Shown piece after piece: positions 38,120-52,149 of a stretch of DNA of 64,000 bases. The DNA comes from Camelus dromedarius (taxonomy: Eukaryota). The stretch is taken from the NCBI RefSeq assembly GCF_036321535.1, contig NC_087472.1, positions 94,428,001-94,492,000 on the forward strand. Reading direction: 5' to 3'. Both the position numbers and the translations under genes were made by a program. Under the pieces are notes generated by a model. It was given only the letters and a program-made list of their open reading frames with translations. It was not told the DNA's origin and did no database searches. The first letter of the stretch is position 1. The number at the start of each line of letters is the position of its first letter.

Positions 38120-41100
38120 TATTTTTTTAATTATTGTGCTAAAAAGCACATAACAGTAAATTTACCATCTAATTCATTCTAAAGCGTACATTTTAGTAGT
38201 GTTAAGTGTATTCACAATGTTACGCAACAGATTACTAGAACTTCATCTTGCAAAACGGAAACTTTATGCCCATTAAACATTAATTCCCCATCCCCTCAGC
38301 TCTTGGCAATCACCTTTCTACTTTCTCTTTCTGTAATTTTGGTACTTTTAGATACTCCATGTGAGTGGAATCATAAAGCATTTGTCCTTTTGTGAATGGC
38401 TTATTTATCTCAGTATAATGTCCTCAGAGTTCATCCATATTTTAGAATGTGACAGGATTTCCTTTTTTAAGGCTGCATGATATTCTATTATATGTATATA
38501 TCAGATATACATTGATATGATACATACATATCATATTATCCATTCTTCCTTTAATGGGCATTTGTGTTGCTTTCATCTCTTGACTATTGTAAATAATGCT
38601 GCAGTGAACATGGATGTGCAGATAATTGAGATGCTGCTTTGAATTATTTTAAATATATATCAAGAAGTGGGATTCCTGGATCATATGGTAGTTCTTTTTT
38701 TAATATTTTGAGGAACCTCCATCATGTTTTCCATAATGGCTGCACCATTTTGCATTCCCACCAGCAGTGTACAAAGATCCCAATTTCTCAGCATCCTGGT
38801 CAACATTTATTATTTCCTCTTTTGGTAATTGTCATTCTAATTGTGTGAGGAGATATCTCATTGTGATTCTGATTTGCATGTCTCTTGTGATTAAAGATGT
38901 TGACCCTCTTTTTATATGCCTGTTGGCCATTTGTATATATCTTTGGAGAATTGTTTTTTCAATTATTTACCTATTTTTTAATCATGTTGTTTTGTTGTTG
39001 TCATTATTGTTGAGTTGTAGGAGTTCCTTATATATACTGGATAGTAACCACTTATCAAATTTATGATTTGGAAGTATTTCCTCCTATTCTGTAGGTTGCC
39101 TTGTAACTCTTTTGATTGTTTCTTTTGGTTCACAGACATTTTTAAGTTTGATTTAGTCCCGTTTATCTAGTTTTGCTTCTGTAGCCTATGCTTTTGGTGT
39201 CATATCCAAGAAATTATTACCAAATCCAATGTCCTAAAATTTTCCCCTATATTTTCTTCTAGGAACTTTGTAGTTTCAAATGTTACATTAAGGTCTTTAA
39301 TCCAGTTTTAGTTAATTTTTGCATATGGTATAAATTAAAGGTCCAGCTTCCTTATTTTTTTTTTTTGCATGTGGAAATCCAATTTTCCCAACACCATTTA
39401 TTGAAGAGACTCTCTTTTGCCCATTGTGTAGTCTTAGCAACCTGGTAGAAGGTCTTTTGATCGTATATGCAAGGATTTATTTCTGATCTCTCCATTGTGT
39501 TCCATTGGACTATATGTCAGTCTGTATGACGTTAATTTGAATATTGTAGCTTTGTAATATGTTTTGAAATTAGGAAGTGTGTGGCCTCCAACCTTGTTTT
39601 TCTTTCTCTAGTTTGTTTTAACTAGTCAGACATGCCTGAGATTCCATATGTTAGTTTAGTTTTTGTTTTTGTTTTTTTTTTTTTTACTATTTGCAAAAAA
39701 ATACTATTTGCACTTTGATACAGGTTGCATTGAATCTAGATTGCTTTGGGTAAATGAATAATACAGATTTTAACAATATTAAATCTTGTAACTGATGAAT
39801 ACAGGATATCTAGTCATTTATTTGTATGTTCTTTGATTTCTTTTAGCAAAGTTTTATAGTTTTGAGTGTACAAATCTTTTGCCTCCTTGGTTAAGTTTAT
39901 TCTTTTTTATGCTATTGTGAAGATACTATTTTCTTAATTTCTTTTTTAGATTGTTATTTGCTTAATTCCTTTTTCAGACTTTCGACTGTTAACATAGAGA
40001 CATGCAGCTGAGTTTTGCACTGATTTTGTATCCTGAAACTTTTTTGAAATCGTATATTTGTTTAAATAGTTTTTGATGGATCTTTTCAGGCACTTCTAGA
40101 TCTAAGATCATGTCATCTGCAAACAGAAATTGTTTTACTTCTTCTTTTCCAAACTGGGTGCTTTTTATTACTTTTTCCTTGTCTAATAGCTCTGACTAGG
40201 ACATCAGGTACTGTGTTGAATAGATGTGGTGAGAGTGGATATCCTTGCCTTTTTCCTGATCTAGAGGAAAAGCTTTCAGTCTTTCACCAGCGAGTAAGAT
40301 GTTTGCTGTGGACAAAAGTATGTGTTCATATATGCCTTTTATTATGTTGAATTAGTTTTACTCTGTTCCTATTTTGTTGAGAGTTTTTATCATGAAAGGT
40401 GTTGAATTTCATCAAATTCTTTTTCCACATCAGTTGAGATGACCACGTGGTTTTTGTCTTTCATCCTGTTAACGCATTAGATTGTTTGAGTTGCATATGT
40501 TAAACCATCCTTACATTTCAGATATAGATCCCACTTGACCACTGTGTATAATTCTTTTGATATGCTGTTGAATTTGGTTTGCTAGATTTTTTTGGGGGGG
40601 GGAGGGAATTTTTGTATCAGTATTCATCAGGAATATTGGTCTGTAGTTTTCTTACTATGTCTTTTTGGTTTTGTTATTAAGATAATGCTAGCCTCATACT
40701 ATGAGTTCAGGGGTACTCCCTTCTATTCAGTTCTTTGAAAGAGTTTGAGGAGAATTGGTGCTAATTCTTCCTTAAATGTTTGGTAGAATACTCCAGTGAA
40801 GCCATATGGTCCTGTGCTTTTCTTTGATGACTGATTCAATCTCCTTATTATAGATCTGTTCAGACTTTTTATTTTTTCATGATTCAGTCTTGGTAGGATG
40901 TATATTTCTAGGAATTTGTTAATTTCTTCTAGATTTTTATCTAATTTTTTGACATATAGTTGTTCATATTATTATTATACTCCTTTGTATTTCTGTGATA
41001 CCAGCTGTAATTTCCCCTCTTTCATCTCTAATTTTAGTTATTTAGTTTCTCTCTTTTTTTCTTTATTGTTCTAAATATTAGTTTTGTTGATCCTTAAAAA

Positions 41101-42710
41101 AATAAAACAACTCTTGGCTTCATTTAGTTTTTCTATTATGTTTGTATGCTCTAATTTGTTTATCTCTACTGTAATCTTTATTATTTTCTTCCTTCTGCTA
41201 ACTTTGAATTTAGTTTGTTCTCTTTCTAGTTCCTTGAGGTGTAAAGTTAGGTTGTTGATTTTAACTCTTTTTTTTTTTTTTTTTGGTAAGCATTTATGAA
41301 CTTCCCTCACAATACCTCTTTTGCTGCATCCTGTAAGTTTTGTTTTGTTTTTGTTCTCATTTTTCCAAGAGATTTTCTAAATTCCCTTGTGATTTCTCCT
41401 TTGATCCACTGGTTGTTTAAAAATTCATTGTTTGATTTCCATCTATTTGTGGATTTTCCTGTTTTCCTTCTGTTACTGTGTTCTCTTTTTATTCTGTTGT
41501 GGTCAAAGAAGATATTTTGTAAGGTTTCCGTTTTCTTAAATTTGTTAATACTTGCTTTGTGGCTAACATGTGATCTATCTTGGGAAATTTTCCATGTGCA
41601 CTTGCTAAGAATGCTCATTCTGCTATTAGGTGGAGAATACTGTACATGTTTGTTAGGTCCAGTTGGTCTGTGGTGTTGCTCAAGTCCTCTGTTGCCTTAC
41701 TGATTTTCTGTATGGTTGTCATACGGATAACTGAAAGTGGGGTATGGAATTCTCCTATTATTATTATATTGCTGTCTGTTTCTCTCCAGTTCTGTGAATG
41801 TTTGCTTCATATATTTGGGAGCTCTCCTCTTAGTTGTATATATATTTATGCACGTTATATCTTCCTAGTGAATTGACCCTTTTGTCATTATATAATGTCC
41901 TTTTTTTGTTTCTTGTGACAGTTTTTGACTCGAAGTCTATTTTGTCTAATGTAATTATGGCTACCCCTGTTCACTTGAGATTCCTGTTTGCATGAAATAT
42001 CTTTTTCTCTCTTTTCACTTTCAGTCTATATGTGTCCTTAGATTTAAAGTGAGTCTACTATAGATAGCATATAGTTGAATCTTATTTTTCTTAGCCTAAT
42101 CAGCCAATCTATGTCTTTTAATTAGAGGATTTAATTCATTAACATTTAAACTCACTACTGATAGGGAAGGACTTACTGATGCCATTTTGTTAATTATTTT
42201 CTGTCTGCCTTAGAGCTTTTTTGTCCGTCCTTTCCTGTCTTTCTGCCTTTTTACCTTTTTTTGTGTGTTTTATTGATTTTTTTAATGATAAGTTTTGGTT
42301 TTCTTCTCATTTCACTTTGTGTATATTCTAAAGATATTTTCTTTTGGGTTACCATTACAATTCTGTAAAACACCTTAAAGTTATAACAATATATTTTAAA
42401 GAGATAACAATTTGAACCACATATAAAAACTGAACTGCTTTTTATCTCTGTACCCCACCTCCCAATGTATGGTACTGATGACACGAATTATGTGTTTTAT
42501 ATCACATATCCATTAACACAGATTTATAATTACTTTTTTGCATTTGTTTTTAAAATTCCTAGACTGAATTTTAAAGTGATTTTCATACCTACATTCCAAT
42601 ACTACAGGATTCTATAGTTGTCTATATTTTTACCAGGGTGTTTTGCATTTTTGTATAGTTTTGTGTTACTGGGTTAGCCTCTGTTCACTTCAATTTGAAA
42701 GACTCCTTTC
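38120..42710 (-). mobile_element. ~4.6-kb L1 (L1MB/MA10-like): 3'UTR, whole decayed ORF2 and inter-ORF region
   Basis: ORF 41307-41618 resembles the ORF2 EN C-terminus (SHKASINKFKKTETLQNIFFDHN...LNNQWIKGEI). Antisense FADDM coding sequence ('catgtcatctgcaaa') at ~40109-40123. Confidence 0.92.
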
Positions 42711-43410
42711 ATCAGAAAAAAGCAAATTAAAAACACAGTTCAATTGTATTATACACACATGAAGATGACTGAAATTTAGAATCCATTAATAGCATGTTTT
42801 GGTGAAGATATACAGCAACTAGACCTTTCATAGTTTGCTGATGTGAATACAAAATGGTGAAACAACTTTAGAAAAGTTTAAGTATTATATAAAGTTGAAT
42901 ATAGATTTAACAATGACTCAGCAATCCCACTCGTAAGCATTTACTTAAGAGAAATGAAAATATATGTCTACCCCAAGACTTGTACTTGAATGTTCATGGC
43001 AGCTTTATTCATAAAAGTCAAAAAATGTATAAAAACATTTTGATACTTTCTCATTTGGTATTTCTATACTATTGACCAATAAAATGTAATGGACTGATAT
43101 ATGCAACAATTTGACTGAAACTTAAAAGCATACTCTTTGATTCCACATATGTGAAATTTATAGAAAAGACAAAATTATAGTTACAGAAAGTGAATCAATA
43201 GGTACCAGAGACCACTGGTTTAAGGAGGGGAGTGACTTTACATGATCACAATAGAACATATTGGGCTGATGGAGATGTTCTGTATCATGATTTTGATGGT
43301 CATCTCACGACTAAATACATGTCAGAACTCACTGAATTGCATGCATAAAATTGATGAATCTTATTGCATGTAAACTATATTTCCATAGCCTTGATTTTAA
43401 ATTTAAATAA
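42711..43410 (+). mobile_element. Old L1M ORF2 C-terminus and 3'UTR
   Basis: 'atgactcagcaatcccactcgtaagcatttac...gagaaatgaaaatatatgtc' and a 3' end 'gatggagatgttctgtatcatgattttgatgg'. Confidence 0.75.
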
Positions 43411-43799
43411 AGAAATGACAGAATTTGAATACAAAAAATATCTCAAAAAGTTATACTGAAATTTTTAAAAGAGAAGAGAGAAACATTTGCACATATGGAT
43501 GCCTGGGATACCCTAGATCCCTTAACCAAATTCATGCCTTTTGGTAATGGTTAATGGAAAATAGCTTAATAGTGTCCTATGCACTTTAGAAACTTTGTAA
43601 GTTAATGGAGAGTTAATTTATTTTTAACAATATAGTTGGTTAAATGCTTGGATTGAATGTATAAGTTTCCACTGTATATTACATTAGTAACAAATAGAAA
43701 CTCATCAGTTAAGTGCAAATGATCAATTAAGCCTTATATACAGTTATGCTATGAGGTTATCTAATAGGCAATTTAAAGTTAATGTGACTCAAGTGTAAT

Positions 43800-44448
43800 T
43801 CTTTAACTTTCTGATATAAAACTCTGCCAGTATGTCTCTTCCTGGTTCTTAATTTGGAAGTCTTTCTTAATTTCTCTTGTTTCCTTATCCACTACATAAA
43901 ATCCATCAACATATTTGGCTAGGACTACTTTAAAATTTCCTCTGAATCTGGTCACTTCTTGAAAGCTGTATCACAACCACAGTTTCAATTGCAATTAGCT
44001 CTTATCTGAACAATACTAATAGTTTTCTAACTCATCTTCCTGTATTCATTTTTGCCCCTCTGCAGCCCATTCTGTACAAAATTGCCACATTGACATTATA
44101 AAAACCTAAATTAGATTATTCCTGTTCTCTCCATATAACCCAGTAATGGCTTTCCACAATATTTAGAATAATATCCAAGAAGTTTCTCAAGATTATAATG
44201 CCTCTTATATCATACTGTAAATTGGTTCCTTTTTTATTGTTAAAAAGAGCAAAATTCAATGAGCTTGCTTTATTAAAACATTTGAGACTTTAGAAATATG
44301 AACTTGGCCTTAAACTGTTTTGTACACACACACACACACACACACTCTTTCTTTAATTCACCTAGTATATGTACTGTACTTACAACAGTACCTGACATGA
44401 ATTACATGCCCAATAAATATGAATTAAATTGAAAATGAATTAATGAAT
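43800..44448 (+). mobile_element. LINE-2 remnants, with (CA)n at ~44325-44345
   Basis: L2-like body and 3' end 'aacagtacctgacatgaattacatgcccaataaatatgaattaaattgaa'. Confidence 0.55.
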
Positions 44449-44910
44449 GGCAATGTAGTTATGTATAAGTCTGAATTTTGGTAGGTTTATCTCTTATTTG
44501 GCGAACATCAATTTACCTAACACATTTTAATTTAACTTATCCTAGTATTTATGCTATAGAATGATACAAGATAATTCTATATGTATTAGATTGCAGACAC
44601 ATCACCATCATCATGCCAGGATACTTCTCCACAAGGATTTTATAAACACAGTGAAATAATAACAACATAGGCCAAATTACAGATACCTGAATTATATACA
44701 CATGTTATACATAAACTCACAGATGTAGTTTTTCCCATACTATCTAGTCCTCATTAATAAGCCCCTCTTTTTATTATTCCCAATTCCAGATAGTAATCAA
44801 ATTTAACAGCATTATGGGGTGACCTACGGTTTAGGGTAGGGAAAATTCATGAATCAATTCACAGACTAAAGTGTGAAGCTGAGAATGATTCATCGTCTAG
44901 TCTATGAAGT

Positions 44911-45423
44911 CAGCAGTTCTCTATGTGTACTATGGGAAACTGGGGGCCACTGAGACCCTTTCAGGTATCTGTGAGGTCAAAACTATTTTCATAGTAATAT
45001 TAAAATGTTGCCTTTTCACCCTTATTCTCTCATGAATGTATGGTGCAGTTTTCCAAAGGCTACATGAAATGAGATATTGCAACAAATTGGACACAGAAGC
45101 ATGTATGAGAACCCAGCTATCCGATATTAAGCTGATAATTCAAAAGATTTGCAAAAATGTAAAAAAAGAGAAAATTGCCACTCTTTTCACTAAATTTTTT
45201 GTGAAAATATAATTTTCATAAAATACGTTTTTGATTAATATGTAAAGTGCTTATTAATAATCACTTTAAATGAAATAATGGATATATCTTTAAAATTTAT
45301 GTTTTAATTTGTAACATGGTAAATATTGATAGATATAATCTATACGAACTAAAGCTCTTTGGGGTCCTCAGTAACTTTAAGTATATAAAGCATCCCCAAG
45401 ATAACATGGATTGAAAAGTGCTG
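44911..45423 (+). mobile_element. Charlie4a-like hAT non-autonomous element
   Basis: 'gagaccctttcagg...gaggtcaaaactattttcata...cagaagcatgtatgagaacccagct...aaagctctttggggtcctca'; cag...ctg ends; ~510 bp. Confidence 0.8.
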
Positions 45424-48400
45424 TTAAAAATCTTTGTTTTCCTTGACTTACTCTCCTTGCATCTCTACCTCCATCGGCACAGAGAAATAATACTCCATTA
45501 GGTTATTAGGTAGAAATAAGAGATACAGAATGCAAAACCTCTCAGCATAGTACTCAAGAGATCACTATTATTATTGTTGTTATTATATTATTAGCAGAAT
45601 CCTGGTTTAGAAGAGGAAAGTATAATTTTAAAATCATGGTTAAGATATGTGTCTACATAGCATGACTAAAAGCAGACCCAAAGTGATATTTAGCCAAATT
45701 TACTCTTTTTCTCCATGATATCAAGTGATATTTTTTACCGTTTTTTCACTGAAGACAATTTTGATTAAGTACATAATAGCCTTAAATTACAAATGCAGTC
45801 AAAAGAAATCTTTAATATGAATCTAAAATGCTGACTTTATTTGTGAGTGAAAAGGCAATATCATATTCAAATTTGAGGGAAAGTGGTCTCAAAATGCCTT
45901 CTTCCTATTTCAAGTTTTTCCTTAAGATAATTATGCATTTTCATTTTATGGTCCATGATGGAGGAAGAGAACTTTGTTTCAGGTACAAATGTAAATTTGT
46001 ATGAGAACTATTGGCAGGACTTCTGATGAAATTTGTTGGTTTGAAAAATCATAGTATGGTAGACTGGTTAACGAGTTACATCCCCAAACCAAGTTGCCTG
46101 GCAGTGGTTATTTGCAGTAATCTGTAAATATTTGACTTGATTTTATTTTGTACACCTAGAGGGAAATGGTAGAAAAATGATACTAAAACGTAGTCCCATG
46201 AAACACTAAAAAATGAGGTGGAGAAACAAGAGTAAAGATGGCTTTCTTCTTTAGCCCTTTCAACTCATCCACCCTAGAACCAAAACTAGACTTTCTGAAA
46301 GAATGAAAAATTACAAAATTGCTTATATCATATGTACATGATTTATTGGTGATACAGAATTATTGGACTACCTGCTGGCACACATCACTGAAGTCAAGTT
46401 TACTCTAGAATTATTTGATAAACTCTGACTTCATATGAAATGAAAAAGGTCAGTTAAGTCCCTCTGTGTTACATGAAAAAGTAAACAAACCGATTTAGGG
46501 AGTAGTACATCAGATACTAATTAGCATGAAAGTACATGGAGAGAAAAGTAGTTTTAACATCATCTAAAAGAAGATTGGTATTCAAGATAAGCCAAAAGTC
46601 CTCTTGATAAGCAAGTGGAGGAAAATCCGTTAATGTATGATAGTATATTATTGTAGTAGTAATAGAAAATATATAGTAATTAGAATGCAATGAATATTGA
46701 AACTTGAGCACAATATTTATGGCAGCATTCCAGGTAAGATGACCTTTGGCTACATAGAAATTCATTACATACCTAAAGAGAGAACATATTAATAAAAGGG
46801 AGCTGGCTTGCAATGAGTGCACAGAAAAGCTGAAGTAACACAGGAAATACTGACAATTCATCAAAGCGATATCCAGGGGAAAAGCCCAGCACATTTTGAG
46901 TGGTAGAATCCCCAAGGCAAAGCTCTCCGTCCTAATTTCATTAGCCATTATTTTAATATCATGAAATTAAACATTTTAAAAGGTATTTTGAAATTACTTT
47001 TCCTTTATTCCCTGCAGACCAAGCAGCCTTTTGAGAATAGGTGGTATCAAGCATAAATATGTCTACATAAAGGCACCTTGCTGGTCATGGGGGTACAGTT
47101 ACATCATGGCAGTTCTATTCTTTTCCATCCCAGACCTCTGTGCTGGGGGCAATAAGTATTAATATTTCTTGTACATATTTTCTATATCCTCATGGATCAG
47201 AGATTATTTAATAATTTAATAACTAGTATTCTATGACATGGCTCCAATTTAATTTCTCTCACCTGCTCCCTATTGATAGGCATACATTGTTTTAGGTTTT
47301 GTTATGGACAGGGTTTCTAATTCTAAAATAATAAACTGTCATACTCTTTTTAATGCCCTGTCTCAAAAAGTGGTTAATATGTGACTGCCCCGAAAACATG
47401 CGTCTATTTTCAGTGTGATTACTAAGGACTAGTGATTTTTTAAAGTTGAAGAAAAATCCTGAATCAAGATGAATTTACCAAGATAATATCCTGTGGAAGT
47501 TCAGGATGAATCCTATATACTAGACAGGGGCTGAGCCTGCAGGTCAGGAAAGTATATGAAATTTCAAGAATATTGCTAGGGTTAACTGAATTGGTGTTAA
47601 AAATAATGGTTAATCACCTTGACTAATTCACAGATGTTAATTTCATTAATAGTATAATTGAGTTATAGAAGCTAATTATGTATGTATGTATGTTTATGTA
47701 TGACATGACACCAAAGGCAAATGGCAGGTTTCCCATTTGGGACTCCAAATACATCTCCTCAACTGTTGACAACTCTAAACAGGTTCACAGGGACTGTTCC
47801 TGTCCTAACTTGTCAATATCCCAGTCGAGTGAAGACTAAAGGGGTCTTAGCAGAAAGATGTTAAAATGTTGTTCATATTAATCCAACCAAATAATTTGTG
47901 TTACTAAATTCATGACACGTTGCTAAATTTTCTTTTGTATCATTTCTCATCTACGTGTAGTGAAAAGGTGCATTATTGGTATCAACCTATTTTTGGATAA
48001 TGTCTCAAATCAGATAAATCTATGTATATGTGGCCTTCAAAGTACAATTGCAGGCATTTCTAATGAATGCTCATATCTACTGGTAAAATAAGCTGTCAGT
48101 ATTTGGTTGGTTTCAAAATCTCCTAAATTGCCTTGGTGGAATTTCCAGCTTGCACTAAGCCCCATGCTTGGAGGGATAATACTGACCCTGCACCTGTCAG
48201 TGAGGCTGCAGATGGTGCACGTAACACACACGATTGCCTTCAAAACAGGAAGGAGGAGGAGATGAAGGAACAGATTGCTGTGTGAAATGAACACACACTT
48301 CCAAAAGGCTAATTATTTGTTCCCTAAAACTATTTCCAGTGTGTTGCATCCTTAAACACTGAGGCTCATTTCTGTGCATCATTAAAAAGCCAAAGAAAAT

Positions 48401-49678
48401 TTACCACAGCAAATGCAATACATAAATACATTGTGAAATTATTCACCAAAATGCATACTTTGTATTCTTTTGGAATTATTTGAGTTTGTGGTAGAGAAAT
48501 GTAGATTATAGATTAAGCTTTCTCACTTAAATAATGGATAGATGAAGTAATAAATGTTGCATAATATGTATTTCTTCTTTTAAGAAAGTAAAAAATGGGT
48601 ACTAGTTTCAGTGTAATTCTTTCAGATGACCAAATTACACCAGAGTATTGACTTAATCAAATAACTTTTAAAAAGGAAATGGCTACCAAAAATACTTGGG
48701 CATTGGTCTTAAAATATAATATTGAAAAGAATTATCACAAATAATCTAAAGTAGAATTTGTTTTAAAATAAATGGAAAATTAATACAGACTAAAAATAAA
48801 TGAGCAATAATTATATAGTAGTGATTATATATGATTATTTAGAATATATATTTACTTATATGTAGTATATATTATATTATGTGTTAAATGATATTTTTAT
48901 GATGCATTTTTATTACAAATAAAATTTATAAGCTGAAAATTCAAAATTCACTTAAAGACATGAAATGCATGATTCATTGGTGGTAAGAAATCTAATTTTA
49001 AAATCAGTAAGTTTAAGTTGAAATGAATATAATACTTTGGAAAAGCAGTTTTCTGATACTATGACATGTGTACGTGTGCATGCACATGCGCACAGATGCT
49101 CTTATTTACACATTTTGAATATTTTAACAAGATAAAAGAATTTGATCCCTGATCATATTTTTCTGTCCCATTGTTCGTATCTCCATACCTTTTGAAAACA
49201 GCAGAAGTTTGAATTTCCAAGCTGTTTCTGGAACATTCTTAGCACTCTTTTATAAAAGCTCATATTTCTTTTGGGCTGATATTTTCATTACTTCATCATT
49301 TATTTCCCAGATGATCTGAGTTCTGGCTGGCAGATTTTCTCTCCAGAACAACTTTTTGGTAAAATTTAAGGACAGTTAAACACCTTTGAAGACAGTGCAT
49401 CTAATATCTTAGTTATGCGGCTGGGGACCTGCCACTATTACCATAATCCTACTCAGGCCACTCAATCTCAGGACCACAACATTGCTCACCCAGAACTATT
49501 TCCTACCTGAAACCATATACAATAATTGACCCTATTATTGACCTTGTGTCCTTTCATACTCTGAATCTATTACAGTTGGCCTTTTCATTCTGTTCCCATG
49601 GGTGGCTAAGTGGCTGTAATAAAAATCATGTATACATGAGGATTAGTACCATGACAGACCCAAATGTTCCAACTTTAT

Positions 49679-50108
49679 TTATTTATTAGCACCTTTATTG
49701 TGGTATGGTTCCTATACAGTAAACTACATATATTTCACAGGTACAATTTGATGAATTTTGGTAGATGTATACACCAATGAAACCACTACCACAATCATGA
49801 TAGCTAACATTTCTATCACTCCCCAAGAAGTGCAATTTTCAAATCCCCAATTTATCCCTTCCCATCCCCTTTACCCTCTGGTAACCATAAGTTTGTTCTC
49901 TGTGTCTGTGAGTCTGTTTCTGTTTTGTACATAAGTTCATTTGTGTCATTTTTTTTAGATTCCAGATATGAGTATCATAAGGCATTTTTCTTTCTCTTTC
50001 TGGCTTACTTCACTTAGAATGACAATCTCCAGGTCCATCTGAGTTGCTGCAAATGGCATTATTTTATTCTTTTTTAATGGCTGAGTAGTATTCCATTGCA
50101 TGCATGTT

Positions 50109-50147
<39 letters not shown>

Positions 50148-50708
50148 TAATTTTCTTTATCCAGTCATCTGTTGATGGACATTGGGTTGTTTTCATGTCT
50201 TGGCTATTGTAAATAGTGTTGGTATGAACATTGGGGTGCATGTGTCTTTTTGAATTATATTTTTCTCCAGGTATATGCCCAGAAGTAGGATTGCTGGATC
50301 ATATGGTTGCTCTATTTTTAGTTTTTTAAGGAACCACCATACTGTCCTCCATAGTGGCTGCACCAATTTACATTCCCACCAACAGTGTAGGAGGGTTCCC
50401 TTTTCTCTATACCCTCTCCAATATTTATCATTTGTGGACTTTTTAATGATGGCCATTCTGGCTGGTGTGAGGTGATATCTCATTGTAGTTTTGATTTGCA
50501 TTTCTCTAACAATTAGTGATGTTGAGCATCTCTTCATGTGCTTGTTAGCCATCTGGATGTCTTCTTTGGAGAGATGTCTATTTAGGTCTTCTGCCCATTT
50601 TTTGATTGGGTTGCTTGTTTTTTGATATTAAGGTGTATAAGCTGTTTGTATATTTTGGAAATTAGTCCCTTGTCATTCACATAATTTGCAAATGTTTTCT
50701 CCCACTCT
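49679..50708 (-). mobile_element. Chimeric L1 insertion: young L1 segment (49831-50708) plus ancient-L1-type 3' end (49689-49830) plus tail
   Basis: ORF 50193-50552 is a well-preserved L1 ORF2 C-terminal segment. TSD ccaaat(g/a)ttccaactttat at 49660-49678 and 50709-50727 encloses both parts. Confidence 0.85.
50111..50144. repeat. (TG)n microsatellite
   Basis: Pure TG run inside the L1. Confidence 0.97.
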
Positions 50709-50799
50709 CCAAATATTCCAACTTTATCTCAGCTCCTAGAACTTTGCCAAGAATCTGTGTGTTTGTCTGCATTCAGTTCTTGATCCTATCCCTGTCCTT

Positions 50800-51410
50800 C
50801 AGTGACTATTCCTCATCACCCTTCTTTTGCAGCTGTGGTCAGGCATCTCATTCTCAGGGAATCACCTAGTTTACATTGACACTAGTGAGAAAATTGCTCT
50901 CATTCAACACTTTGCTCCCAAACCGAAAAACCTCTGCATCCACCTTTTCTTCCTACATTTAATTGAATTGCACTCTGATGAAGGCCACTCATTCCATCTG
51001 TAGCTTTGATACCTTCCTTCCTTGGAATCTTATTTCATTGATGGTCACCATTCTTTGGTCTCTTCAATTTCTTTACTTGTTCTCCATCGTAGTCACACAT
51101 GCTGAGGTTTCTAGCAGCTTAAATATGTTTCTTGAATTTTAATCCTACCTAACTGCCATACAATCTGTCTTTCTTTCCTCATACAAACTTCCTAAAAGAC
51201 TTCTCTGACTTTTCAATTTCTACTGATTCTACCTTTAATTTTTAAATCCATCACAATCTGGCTTCTGCCCCTATTTTTTCCTCTGAAACTGGTAATGTGA
51301 CTGCTAATGTCATCCAAGACATTCTCATTTCCAAAACCTGTGATATTTTTTAAAAAATATTTATTCTTATGAGTCTGTCTATTGCATTTGACACTGTTGA
51401 GCATACCTTG
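50800..51410 (+). mobile_element. LINE-2 remnant
   Basis: 'caatctggcttctgcccctattttttcctctgaaactg...gcatttgacactgttga' resembles L2 ORF2. Confidence 0.6.
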
Positions 51411-52149
51411 TTTTGTATTTTATGCAAAGAGTACATATTCATTATAAAAAAGCAAATAAACCAAAACACAATAAACATTTTGGTATGTAACATTCAATAT
51501 TTTGTTTTATGAATTATTAATATTTGTATCTAAAAGTTAAGCAAAAATGGGTTGTGATGTAGATAGTAATTTGGAACATAGCTGTTTTTACTCAATTGTT
51601 AAATTGATTCATAGACTATCTAGTTTTATTACTTTTAGAAATAATGCAATAAATGATATTTTACTTGGATTATTTAAAATTTTGGCTAGTAAATCTCTTA
51701 GGATATACAGGACTGAATTTTGAATTTGGGAGCTAAAGTGAAAACACATTTTTCAGGCTTTTGTTATATATTTTAAATAGTCTTCCAAATAGTTGTCACA
51801 AGTCACAGAAATAGTAGATCCTATGAATCCTTGCTCCCCAAAATAACAAATGTATATGTTTTATTCAATTTGATTGACAAAGAATATAGCTTATCTAAAT
51901 TGGGTTATCTGTGACTACTAGTGAGGTACATATATCTTCACATATATATGATATTTTTCTTATTTTTAGTGATTTTGAAATTCATATCACTTGCCTTAGT
52001 TCAGATAGACCTTTTGTAGGTTAGACTTGATAAATGTATACACCTCTGCAACTACCACCAAAAGGTACCTCTTTGCAGTGAGTACAAACGCACCTCACTC
52101 CCGGAGGCAACAGATATTCTGACCCTTATTGTCACGGTTTTGCTTCACC

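Noticed and set aside
46517..46948. 143-aa minus-strand ORF starting with ATG
   Set aside because: Composition typical of AT-rich non-coding DNA, with no recognisable domain or exon structure.
46995..47046. Possible microexon (pyrimidine tract + CAG, 23 nt, then GTGGTA)
   Set aside because: Weak donor, not frame-preserving, and no other exons to link to.
50193..50552. 119-aa ORF with clear protein homology
   Set aside because: Fragment of the L1 ORF2 C-terminus in a 5'-truncated copy, not a host gene.
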